Source: a virus. Taken from it: 64,000 nt of DNA. Positions 19,110 to 27,418 of this stretch are shown piece by piece. Numbering within the stretch: the stretch's first letter is position 1; each line of letters starts with the position of its first letter. A program made the translations under genes and the position numbers. A model generated the notes under the pieces. The model saw only the letters and a list, made by a program, of their open reading frames with translations, did no database searches and had not been told where the DNA came from. The stretch lies in IMG/VR virus record IMGVR_UViG_3300012944_000024, positions 34,408 to 98,407 of that record; one strand, 5' to 3'.

Positions 19110-19820
19110 TCACGTCGGCGGACGACGCGGGAAGGCGGCAAGCGCGCTCTCGTAGCTCGGGTCGCTCTTCTCGTAGGTGGCGACCTCGGCGCGCGGGGCG
19201 ATCTCCACCACCCTCCGCAGCGTGACGAGGTCGAAGCGCATCTCGAAGACCATCTCCGTCCGGCGCCGCCTCCGCCCACTGTCCTCGTCGTCGATGTTCT
19301 GCCCCTCGAGCGCCAGGAAGTGCGCGGTCTGCCCGTAGTAGGCGGGGACGCGCAGCCGCACCCCGGCCATCTCCTCGACCGGGTGGCACGCCCACTCCAC
19401 GCCCGCGAGGATGGCGCGCCGCTGCGCGCGCGTGCTCGCCCAGATGACCAGCACGACGCGCTCGACGTACTCGTCGCTGCACACCAGGACCGTCCCGGGA
19501 CCATGCTCGTCTCTCGATCCCTCGTCGGCCGCGGGGGTCAGGCCCTTGGGGTCGAGGGTGTAGCGGCCCGGCTCGAACACGATGGTCGGGAACTTCATCG
19601 GCTGCACGTCGTCGTCGGGGTACTCGACGAGGAAGCGCTCGCGCGGGATCTGGTAGTCCTCGGGCGGGCCGGGCGGGTTGAGCTTTCGAAAGACGATGCA
19701 GTGCAGGTAGTCGGCGAATCGCTCGAGCACCGCGGTGCGCCCGTCGACCGCGGCGATCGGGATGGCGGGTCGCGGGGGGAAGACCGAACCCCAGCGGGTC
19801 CCGTCGAGCAGCTTAGTCAT
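19110..19820 (-). CDS. Tail terminator/neck protein
   Basis: FPTIVFEPG motif; position upstream of the sheath. Confidence 0.55.
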   Translation of the reverse strand: MTKLLDGTRWGSVFPPRPAIPIAAVDGRTAVLERFADYLHCIVFRKLNPPGPPEDYQIPRERFLVEYPDDDVQPMKFPTIVFEPGRYTLDPKGLTPAADEGSRDEHGPGTVLVCSDEYVERVVLVIWASTRAQRRAILAGVEWACHPVEEMAGVRLRVPAYYGQTAHFLALEGQNIDDEDSGRRRRRTEMVFEMRFDLVTLRRVVEIAPRAEVATYEKSDPSYESALAAFPRRPPT

Positions 19821-20101
19821 TGCGGCATCGTACCCCACGACCCCGGACGGGGGGATCGCTAGGCCCGAATCCTAAGCACCCTGAAAACCAATCGGGCAGG
19901 GAGCAATGGGTGCCCGTCCGGAGTCACCAATGCTCACGAGTCACTTCGCAGACGAGACGATCGAGGTCGGGTGCGAGCGCGAGCGCGAGCGATGCGCGAT
20001 CCAGCTCCCGTGGGACGACCCCTTCCAGGGTCTCGCCGCGTACATCGAAGCGCGCCATCTGACAGTTCGTCTCCACCTCGAGCGCGAACGTCTTCGAGAC
20101 G

Positions 20102-20716
20102 CTAGGGGTCGTACCCGCTAGTGCTCGAGCCATCGCGGAGCGCGTCGACACTCACCCGCTCGATCAGCGCCTGCCACTCCACCCCGCCCGCGTGCCGGTG
20201 CGGGACCGCCATGAGCCGGAACTTCATCCGCTCGGCCGGGTCGTCCCCGCGCCCGTCCTCCTGGACCTCCCAGTAGAAGTCGAGCGGCTCGGGCAGCCCC
20301 TTGGCGTCCAGGCGCGCGGGCAGGCAGTGTGCGCTCGAGGGGCGCGGGGGATCGTGGTCCCACGCGAACTCGGCCGAAGGGATCGCGATCCCCCGAAGCT
20401 GATCGGAGGTGAAGAGGGCGGAGATCTCCGTCACCCGCATCGACCCCACCGGCAGGACCCCGCCGGAGAAGAACCGATAGGAGACGTTGTCCAGGCTCAC
20501 CACCTTGGGGGTGGGGAGGATCTCCAGCCGCGCGACCTGCCTCTCCCGCCCCTCGCCGCGCTCCTCGCCCGCCCAGCGCGTCCACACCAGCCAGACCCGA
20601 TAACTCCTAACCCCAAACCTTGTGGCGAATTGTCGAAGACGGTCGACGCGCGGGGCGAGCCGGTGGGCGAGCGTGTTGGACGCCTGGCGCGGGGTGAGGG
20701 GCCGGGGGCGCGGCAT
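20102..20716 (-). CDS. Head closure/neck protein
   Basis: Synteny after the head-tail adaptor; beta-rich. Confidence 0.5.
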   Translation of the reverse strand: MPRPRPLTPRQASNTLAHRLAPRVDRLRQFATRFGVRSYRVWLVWTRWAGEERGEGRERQVARLEILPTPKVVSLDNVSYRFFSGGVLPVGSMRVTEISALFTSDQLRGIAIPSAEFAWDHDPPRPSSAHCLPARLDAKGLPEPLDFYWEVQEDGRGDDPAERMKFRLMAVPHRHAGGVEWQALIERVSVDALRDGSSTSGYDP

Positions 20717-20717
20717 C

Positions 20718-20993
20718 TCAGTGGCAGCTCGCCGCCGCCTTCTCCTCGCCGACCTTCTTCGCCACGCTCTGCGCGAGCGCCTGGACCGCGCCCTGCTTGT
20801 CGGCACCAATGTGGCAGTCCGAGAGGATCTGCATCACCGGCTCGCCGTAGTGCTCGACCACGCACGCCGCCTCCACCACCGTGAGGACCGCGACGGGCGC
20901 GACCTGCGCGGCGAGCGGACAGCCCGCCTGCACCACCACGATCCCCGCGCACGCGACGACCAGCGCCAAGTTCATCATCAGGCTGTGCTTCAT
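20718..20993 (-). CDS. Small lipoprotein
   Basis: Hydrophobic N-terminus with VQAG-C lipobox-like motif. Confidence 0.6.
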   Translation of the reverse strand: MKHSLMMNLALVVACAGIVVVQAGCPLAAQVAPVAVLTVVEAACVVEHYGEPVMQILSDCHIGADKQGAVQALAQSVAKKVGEEKAAASCH

Positions 20994-21003
20994 GGTCCGT
21001 CTC

Positions 21004-21417
21004 CTATCCGTGCGAGCGGCGCGCGTTGACCCCGCCGGTCTGCATATAAAATCGCTGGTCGTACGGGTTGGGGATGATACCGAAGAGGTTCGCGAGGCTC
21101 GCGCGCCACCGCATGTACCCCGCGTTGCCCCAGAGCTGCCGGTGCTCGTCCTTGTTGATCTCGATCTCGTCGATCTTCGTGACCGCCATCAGCTCGTAAT
21201 CCTCGACCCCCTGGCACTCGATGCGCTCGAGGATCTCCAGGTGCCGCCGCACCTCCGGGGCCGCGGCGGGCAAGAGCTTGTCCATCGACACCTCGATCGG
21301 GAACTGCGACTGCACCGACGCGGGCACCCCGAGGGCGAAGGTGTAGGTGAGCTGGCCTTGTTGGTACCCGAGATGGTGCCTGATCTTCACTTTCTCTTCG
21401 TCGGTGAAGATCGTCAC
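21004..21417 (-). CDS. Head-tail adaptor-like protein
   Basis: FTDEEKVKIRHHLGY N-terminus; helical; two genes after the capsid. Confidence 0.6.
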   Translation of the reverse strand: MTIFTDEEKVKIRHHLGYQQGQLTYTFALGVPASVQSQFPIEVSMDKLLPAAAPEVRRHLEILERIECQGVEDYELMAVTKIDEIEINKDEHRQLWGNAGYMRWRASLANLFGIIPNPYDQRFYMQTGGVNARRSHG

Positions 21418-21421
21418 CGGC

Positions 21422-21793
21422 CTAGCCCGCCGTGGTCGGAACCGGGTCGGGCGCGAACGTCTCCTCGGGCTCCTCGCTCTCGTCGGCGATGAGCTCGAGT
21501 TTGATGCCCTGCTTCTTCAGGCCCGCGATGTCGTAGCAAAGCTCGCTGACCTCCTTGCCCGCGCGCAGCGCGGTGCGCGCGTTGTTGAACATCACCATCC
21601 CGCCGTTCAAGACCCGGTAGCGTTTCGCCTTCGGGCCCACCCCGCGCCCCAGAAAAGGCGTGGGGGTCGGGGGGACGATCTGACCCTGCGGGGACGGCAT
21701 CCCGCTCGCCCCGCCCGGCATCTTCGCCAGAGCCCCTTCCGTACCCACCGCGTTCGGCTTGTTTCGCATCGTCGTCGTGCCTCCGGGGCCCAA
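21422..21793 (-). CDS. Hypothetical head-associated protein
   Basis: ORF directly after the major capsid gene. Confidence 0.55.
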   Translation of the reverse strand: MGPGGTTTMRNKPNAVGTEGALAKMPGGASGMPSPQGQIVPPTPTPFLGRGVGPKAKRYRVLNGGMVMFNNARTALRAGKEVSELCYDIAGLKKQGIKLELIADESEEPEETFAPDPVPTTAG

Positions 21794-21801
21794 GATACAC
21801 G

Positions 21802-21836
21802 AAGGCCCGGTCGCCCTTGAAAGAACACCGGGCCTT
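21802..21836. terminator. Hairpin downstream of the capsid gene
   Basis: AAGGCCCGGT-N15-ACCGGGCCTT; no clear U-tract. Confidence 0.4.
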
Positions 21837-21858
21837 GCGCGTCGTAGGTGTAGTGGCT

Positions 21859-21874
21859 GGGAACCCGGGTTCCC
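21859..21874. repeat. Palindrome A (copy 4)
   Basis: Exact; 10 nt after the capsid stop. Confidence 0.98.
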
Positions 21875-21884
21875 AGCACTCAGA

Positions 21885-23294
21885 TCACATGGCGTGTTCC
21901 ACGACCAGGGCGCGTTTGAACCTCTCCGGCCCCGACGGGCCGGTCACGTCGCTCGGCACCGGGAAGCAGGTCGTGATGCTCCACGTGCTCGAGACGACCT
22001 GCTGCAGCCGGTCGAGCGGGGCGCGCAGGATCAGGCGGATGCGCTCGGTGAGGATCTTGATCCCGTTGTTGACAACGTCGAATGTCCCCGTCTTGCCCGT
22101 CAGGCCCGCCTCGGTCACGAAGTCGGACTCGTCGAGGTAGCGCTCGTAGAGCGCCCCCTTGCCGGTCACGATGACGCGGTCGATGTCGACGCCCTGGTCG
22201 TTCGTCGTCTCGGCGCCGATCTCGGCCGAGTACTGCGCGAAGTTCGGGCCCGTGAAGACCCTCGGTCCCCCGTTGCTCGCGTTGAACGGGTCGGGCGACT
22301 CGTTGTTCATGAAGAACATGATCCCCGAGATGTGGCCGATGAAGCCGCTCGAGTACATCGCCCCTTCGGGCAGCGCGGTGTTGAGGCGCTGCAGCACCGG
22401 GTCGGTGAAGATCTGCGCGTTCGCGAGCGGCGAGATGTGCGCGTGGTAGTAGCCGTCCTCGTGGGGCATCACGTTGCCGCGCCGAAGCAGCGCGACCGCG
22501 TTGATGCAGTCCTGCAGGGTGACGGTGTCGCCCGAGCCGATCGCGTCGATCGTCGCCCCCCCGCCGCTGCGCACGATGCGCGGCGCGTAGGTGCTCTTGA
22601 GGCTCGTGCGGGCCGCGAACACCGCCCCCACCGCCGCGGCGAGCGTCAGGGTGCCGGGGCCGAACGGATCGGTCGGGTCGTCGGGAACGAACCCGGTGAC
22701 CTGCACCGTGATGGTGCCGGCGACACCGACGACGCCGAGCGTCGCGGAGAGGGGCGAGGCCGGCGAGACCGGCTTGGGGGCCACGTTGACGCCAGGCACG
22801 ATCACGTCGGTGAACCCGTTGAGGCTCGCGACGTGCACCTGCGTGTCGGTCGTGAGGGTCGCGACGTTGATGACCGTGTTGCCCGACAGGTACGCCAGGA
22901 AGAGTGAGTTTCGGGCGACGCGGTTGATGCTCTGCCCCGCCCCGATGCCCAGCTGCTGGATGTTGCGCATCAGCAGCGAGGCCGCCGCCGTCACGCTCGT
23001 CGGCATGTTCGTGTCGACCGTGTCGGAGTACTGCTGGATCACGCTCGTCCACTGCTCGTAGATCACCGTCGAGGGCTGAGGGTCCTGGCCCGGCACGAGC
23101 GGCTTGGTCTTGGGGGTGAGGAGACCGGGGCGCGTCTGGTTCAGCGTCTCGCCCGTGTTGGCCTGGACCTGCTCGGCGAGCGCCTCGGCGCGGTACGCGA
23201 AGTTGGGGACGAGCCCATCGTGGAAGGCGCGCTCGAGCGCGCCTTGCTGGTGGAGCTCCTGCATGTACGGGGGGACGAGGAGGATGACGGACAT
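21885..23294 (-). CDS. Major capsid protein
   Basis: 469 aa from ATG 23294; follows the scaffold; C-terminal RAPLDRLQQVVSSTWS and a central insertion. Confidence 0.8.
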   Translation of the reverse strand: MSVILLVPPYMQELHQQGALERAFHDGLVPNFAYRAEALAEQVQANTGETLNQTRPGLLTPKTKPLVPGQDPQPSTVIYEQWTSVIQQYSDTVDTNMPTSVTAAASLLMRNIQQLGIGAGQSINRVARNSLFLAYLSGNTVINVATLTTDTQVHVASLNGFTDVIVPGVNVAPKPVSPASPLSATLGVVGVAGTITVQVTGFVPDDPTDPFGPGTLTLAAAVGAVFAARTSLKSTYAPRIVRSGGGATIDAIGSGDTVTLQDCINAVALLRRGNVMPHEDGYYHAHISPLANAQIFTDPVLQRLNTALPEGAMYSSGFIGHISGIMFFMNNESPDPFNASNGGPRVFTGPNFAQYSAEIGAETTNDQGVDIDRVIVTGKGALYERYLDESDFVTEAGLTGKTGTFDVVNNGIKILTERIRLILRAPLDRLQQVVSSTWSITTCFPVPSDVTGPSGPERFKRALVVEHAM

Positions 23295-23490
23295 GGGAAT
23301 CTTTCGTGGGGAGGGTGGAGGATCGCGCCCGCACGCCTTCCCTGCCGATCCGACGCCCTCGTCCCCGATCCGCCTGTTGACCGCCGGCGTGCGCGTTGGG
23401 GATTCTTCGTCGCTCTCGCAGGGCCTGGCCGCGGCGGCCTGAAACCTGATCTCCAGGCGAGCGTCCCCGATCGCCGATCGCGAGCGCAAG

Positions 23491-23527
23491 AAAAACGAAG
23501 GGCCGGGACCCTCGCGGATCCCGGCCC
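23491..23527 (-). terminator. Intrinsic terminator between scaffold and capsid genes
   Basis: Minus strand GGGCCGGGA...TCCCGGCCC stem followed by TTCGTTTTT. Confidence 0.7.
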
Positions 23528-23585
23528 CGGTGCGTGGGTGCACCCACCTGGCAGGAGCCTATCCCCGCCACTCTGGCTGGTTAGT

Positions 23586-24452
23586 TCAGGTGTAGCCGTT
23601 GGCCTTCTTCCACTCGCGGACCTCGACGGCGTTCATCGAGTTGGGCTGGCCCGGCTTGAGCGTCTTGCCCTGAAACTTCCCCGTCGTGATGACCGGCGCG
23701 GGCTTGTTGTCCCCACCGCCCTGCGGGTTGGCCCCGCCCGTCACGAGCGGGACCCGCTCCGTCTGGGTCGTGGGGGCGGGCGCTTCCTTCTTCGCAAACT
23801 CGGGGTTTTCTTTCACGTACTCAGCTAGGAAGTCGCGGATCTCCTTCTCTGAGTCCTTCTCGCTCATCGCGTCGAGCTGCTCGACGGTGAACTTACCGGC
23901 CAAGTGGGTGGAGAGCTCGCCCTTCACGTACCGCCAGTGCTTGGGGGCGATGTACTCGACCGCCACCGCCTTCACCTCTTCGCCCGCCTGGGCGACGATC
24001 GCGTTCTCCTCGATCTCCAGGACCCGCTCCTCGGCCGCGCTCGCGCGCTCCTTGGCGATCCGGGCCTCCTCCTTCGCGCGCTCGATCTCCCCGAGCCCCG
24101 CGAGCCGGGCCGCCTCGGCCTTCTCCTCGAGCTGCTTGCGCTTCGTCTCGTTGCCCTTGATCGTCTCGGCGTCGTCGGTGCCGAGCAGCTCCTTGAGCTT
24201 CGCGGACGTGTTCTTCTTGCTCGCCCGGTCGATGCGGTCGGCGAGCTGCTTGCTCGTCAGGACGATCTTCTCGCCCGGCCTCGGCTCCTCCTCGTCGCCG
24301 ATCTCGCGCGGCGCCGCGGGGGCCTGGGTGGCGCCCGCCGGAGCTGGGGGAGGGGGTGGCGGAGAAGGCGGGGCGCCCGCCCCAGGCGCGGCTCCGCCCG
24401 CGGGCGGCTGGCCACCAGCGGGCGGGGGATTCGGATCGGTTGTGGTCGTCAT
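23586..24452 (-). CDS. Capsid scaffolding protein
   Basis: P/A-rich N-terminus, E/K coiled coil, flexible C-terminus; directly before the capsid gene. Confidence 0.8.
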   Translation of the reverse strand: MTTTTDPNPPPAGGQPPAGGAAPGAGAPPSPPPPPPAPAGATQAPAAPREIGDEEEPRPGEKIVLTSKQLADRIDRASKKNTSAKLKELLGTDDAETIKGNETKRKQLEEKAEAARLAGLGEIERAKEEARIAKERASAAEERVLEIEENAIVAQAGEEVKAVAVEYIAPKHWRYVKGELSTHLAGKFTVEQLDAMSEKDSEKEIRDFLAEYVKENPEFAKKEAPAPTTQTERVPLVTGGANPQGGGDNKPAPVITTGKFQGKTLKPGQPNSMNAVEVREWKKANGYT

Positions 24453-24526
24453 GCGTCGATTCCTCCAGGGTTCTCGCGTCGCGTACCCCCGCGCGCGTCT
24501 GCGCGGGGGCTTGTCCTGTCTGGGCT

Positions 24527-24542
24527 GGGAACCCGGGTTCCC
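24527..24542. repeat. Palindrome A (copy 5)
   Basis: Exact; 11 nt after the stop of 24554-25348. Confidence 0.98.
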
Positions 24543-24553
24543 AGGTCGCCCGA

Positions 24554-25348
24554 TCAGAAGTTCGGGCTGGGCGCCTCGAGCACCGCGTTCAGGTCGACGC
24601 CGCCCGATCCGGCGGGCGCGCCGCCGTTGCTATTCGGGATCGAGCCCGACGCGATCCCGAGCTTCACGCGCACCTGCGTGACCACGTCGGCGATGCGAAA
24701 CTGCAGCTGCATCTTGTTGGCCGAGAGGTTCGCGTTGAGCGTCGTGGCCGGCGCGCCGCCCGGCACCAGCACCGCGCACTTGCCCACGTTGGTGCCGGCG
24801 AGGATCTCCGCCTCGAGCATCGAGACCACCCCAGGGGCCGCGTTCGCGCCCGGGGCCGCCGCGCCCGCGTACTTCGCGGGGATCAGCCCGACCCCGGTGC
24901 CCGGCACGACGCTGAGCGTGAGCTCGACCACGTCCTGCTTCTGCACCGCGTAGTCGAGATCCACGTCGTTGTAGGCGTCGGTCGTCAGGAACATCAGGTC
25001 GCCGCTCGGCGAGATCCCCACCGTCCCGGTCGTCGGGGTCGTCCCGTAGGGGGTCTTGGCGGTCAGCTCCCCGAGCGTGCCCGTCGAGGTCGATGCGTCC
25101 TGGGCGCGCGCGTAGACGCGCGAGATGCTCCTCGCCTTCGCGTCGTCGGGCAGGGTGATGACCTTGCAGGTCGCCACCCCCACGTACGGGTTGGCGGCGC
25201 CGCCGAATGCGTTCTGCCGGCGCAAGCCGACTTCGCTCTGGCGGAGGAAGGTGCCGAACCCGACCAGCCGCAGCATGTCGGCGAGCGTGTTCGCGCCGGC
25301 CGCGTTCAATCGCGCGACGAGTCCCTGAGCTGCGGTCGAGATGGTCAT
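24554..25348 (-). CDS. Putative head decoration/virion protein
   Basis: G/A/T/V-rich 264 aa in the head module. Confidence 0.55.
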   Translation of the reverse strand: MTISTAAQGLVARLNAAGANTLADMLRLVGFGTFLRQSEVGLRRQNAFGGAANPYVGVATCKVITLPDDAKARSISRVYARAQDASTSTGTLGELTAKTPYGTTPTTGTVGISPSGDLMFLTTDAYNDVDLDYAVQKQDVVELTLSVVPGTGVGLIPAKYAGAAAPGANAAPGVVSMLEAEILAGTNVGKCAVLVPGGAPATTLNANLSANKMQLQFRIADVVTQVRVKLGIASGSIPNSNGGAPAGSGGVDLNAVLEAPSPNF

Positions 25349-25422
25349 TCGAATCGTCTCCTGGTCGTTGTGACGCGAGGCTAGACCTCAGAGCTGGCGC
25401 TGCGCGAAAAAGCCGTCAGCCT

Positions 25423-25851
25423 TCACAGCTGACCCGACGCAAAATACTCGATCTGCCCCGATCCCTGGACCTCGAGCAGCGTGATCCAGAAGCCGTCCGG
25501 CGCGTCCGCCTCGTGGAGGAAGATCCCATTGCTCGGCAGGACCGCGACGATCGACCCGCCCGCGGGGTTGCGGTAGGTAATGCGGAACTGGAAGAGCCCC
25601 GCCTTGACCCGCATGTAGACCGTGTCGGCCTGGGTGACATCGTCGGTCGCCCCGACCCCGCTGAGCGCGACGAACGCGCTCGGCGAGTTGACGTTGCGCG
25701 TCTTGGCCCCCGTCGAGACGGGCGAGGGCTTTGGGCACGGGGCGCCGAGCTGCCCGAACGGCACGCTCGTCGTCGCGCTCGGGAAGCCGGGCGCCTCGCA
25801 CCCCGCGGGGGGCGCCTCGGTGAGCGTGCCGGAGATCTGGACCGTCCCCAC
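25423..25851 (-). CDS. Putative virion beta-sandwich protein
   Basis: Beta-rich 142 aa ending QIEYFASGQL. Confidence 0.55.
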   Translation of the reverse strand: MGTVQISGTLTEAPPAGCEAPGFPSATTSVPFGQLGAPCPKPSPVSTGAKTRNVNSPSAFVALSGVGATDDVTQADTVYMRVKAGLFQFRITYRNPAGGSIVAVLPSNGIFLHEADAPDGFWITLLEVQGSGQIEYFASGQL

Positions 25852-25855
25852 GCGC

Positions 25856-26209
25856 TCACTCGCTCGTGTCGGCGGTCGGCTCGTTGGGGATGTCGCCCAC
25901 CGGGCCCCCGTCCTCGACGTCGGAGTTTTTCGCGGGCGCGGCGGTGGAGCCGCCGAGCTTGAAGGGCTTGTGCTTCTGGCCCGCCGGGGTCGTGCCGATC
26001 ATGCCGCCGCGATCGCTGGGAGGATCCATGTGCAGGGTCCGGCCGCCGTCGGCAACGCTGTCCGCGTTGAAGTCGGGCGGCCCTGACTTCTGGGGGCGGT
26101 CGGGGCCGCGCTGGTTGGTCATCCCCGCGCTCTTGCCCGCGTCGGAGTTGCCGACCGCGCCGCTCTTGCCGTCGGGGGAAAATGGGTTGGACTTGCCGTC
26201 TGCGTTCAT
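25856..26209 (-). CDS. Small disordered protein (KPFK motif)
   Basis: MNADGKSNPFSP...KHKPFKL. Confidence 0.55.
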   Translation of the reverse strand: MNADGKSNPFSPDGKSGAVGNSDAGKSAGMTNQRGPDRPQKSGPPDFNADSVADGGRTLHMDPPSDRGGMIGTTPAGQKHKPFKLGGSTAAPAKNSDVEDGGPVGDIPNEPTADTSE

Positions 26210-26237
26210 GGGGGTGCTCCTCGAACTCGAGTCTACC

Positions 26238-26253
26238 GGGAACCCGGGTTCCC
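26238..26253. repeat. Palindrome A (copy 6)
   Basis: Exact; 5 nt after the stop of 26259-26528. Confidence 0.98.
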
Positions 26254-26258
26254 AGGCA

Positions 26259-26528
26259 TCAGACCTTGAACGGCTTGTGTCCGTTCTTCGCAGCGGGCCA
26301 GGGGATCGCGGGCTTGTAGACCGGCCGGCCCCCATCGTCGGTGGGCGAGCTCGCCAGCCCCCCGACCTCCCCGTCCGCAGTCATCACCTCCGCGCCGGCC
26401 TCGGCGAGCGTGACGCCCTCGTCGTCGGCCCGCTCCTGCGCGGCCCCGGCGCTCTGCGGCTTCTGCGCAGGCGCCTCGCCGACGTTGCGCCCCGCGGGCG
26501 CGGAGAGGTTGAACGGCTTGCGGGGCAT
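26259..26528 (-). CDS. Small disordered protein (KPF motifs)
   Basis: MPRKPFNL...GHKPFKV. Confidence 0.55.
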   Translation of the reverse strand: MPRKPFNLSAPAGRNVGEAPAQKPQSAGAAQERADDEGVTLAEAGAEVMTADGEVGGLASSPTDDGGRPVYKPAIPWPAAKNGHKPFKV

Positions 26529-26533
26529 CGCGC

Positions 26534-27175
26534 TTACGGGTGCTCCGTAACCGAGAGCCCCGCGGCCGCGCCCGTCGAGCCCGTCCCGAGCGTCGCGGTC
26601 GCGTCCCCCGCGGTCGTGACGAGCGAGAAGGTCGCGGCGGTCCCCGGGACCAGACCGGTCACCTCGAGCGAGATGGAGCCGTTGAAGGGCGGGGCGCCGG
26701 CCGCGCCCGTGTAGGTCCCCAGAGCCGCGATGACGGTCGCGCCCTGCTTGAGCAGCACCCGGATCGTCCCCGAGGCGAGCGGGGCGAACGAGAAGAACGA
26801 CTTGACCGTCGCGTTGGGGGAGCTCTTCGGGGTGTAGGCGACGTTCGGGGTGATGGCGGCAGCCGCCACGACCGTCCCGCCCGCGACCGCCTGGGACGAG
26901 GCGACGTTGCCCCCCTCGTTGCTCGAGGAGGCCGCCACCGCGGCGATCATGATCGCATCGATCTCGGTCGGCTGGGCGCCCTGCTTCTTCTTCTTGGTCG
27001 CGATCACTGCGCCGGCGGCGGCCGCCGCGTTCGTCGAAGGGACGAGCTGGCCGCCCGCCGAGAGGATGGGGGCGGTGGGGGTGAGGGCGTCGTTGATCAG
27101 CTCCCCGGCCGAGAGGACGGTCGCGCCGTTCGGGCCCTTCATGCGGGTCGTATTCAGCAGGTACCAGCTCGCCAT
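26534..27175 (-). CDS. Putative virion protein; N-terminal domain paralogous to 43710-44321
   Basis: Shared L.AG...D....IL.AGG.LVP...ATK pattern. Confidence 0.65.
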   Translation of the reverse strand: MASWYLLNTTRMKGPNGATVLSAGELINDALTPTAPILSAGGQLVPSTNAAAAAGAVIATKKKKQGAQPTEIDAIMIAAVAASSSNEGGNVASSQAVAGGTVVAAAAITPNVAYTPKSSPNATVKSFFSFAPLASGTIRVLLKQGATVIAALGTYTGAAGAPPFNGSISLEVTGLVPGTAATFSLVTTAGDATATLGTGSTGAAAGLSVTEHP

Positions 27176-27238
27176 TGGGTAGCTCCCTCGAGCACGAGAG
27201 GTACCAGCGCGCCGCCCGTGGCAGCAAGAAGCGGCCCG

Positions 27239-27418
27239 CTAAAGCCAGCCTGGGAGAGCCCTTCGGATCAACCCTTCGAAGACATCGTCCTGCCCGCCGC
27301 TTGCCTCATCGGTGGCTTTCCAGAGCCGGTCAAATTCCACCTTGGTCCACCGACCCTCGGCGATCAGTCGGTCGGCCTCCTCTGCGATCGCGTTGAGTGC
27401 GTCTGCGTCGAACCCCAT
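27239..27418 (-). CDS. Small acidic protein, candidate immunity protein of the MuF toxin
   Basis: 59 aa MGFDADALNAIAEEADRL...; TGATG overlap with the MuF stop. Confidence 0.55.
   Translation of the reverse strand: MGFDADALNAIAEEADRLIAEGRWTKVEFDRLWKATDEASGGQDDVFEGLIRRALPGWL

Noticed and set aside
16385-19504. ORF-track long starts for sheath (19504), capsid (23543) and fibres (34996, 41652)
   Set aside because: The extensions overlap upstream genes and read as junk; coupled ATGs at 18967, 23294, 34240 and 40974 fit better.
19861-20151. Small ORF in 19.9-20.1 kb (plus 19906-20121 or minus 19924-20151)
   Set aside because: Both strands are open and neither has a recognisable motif, so I could not choose between them.
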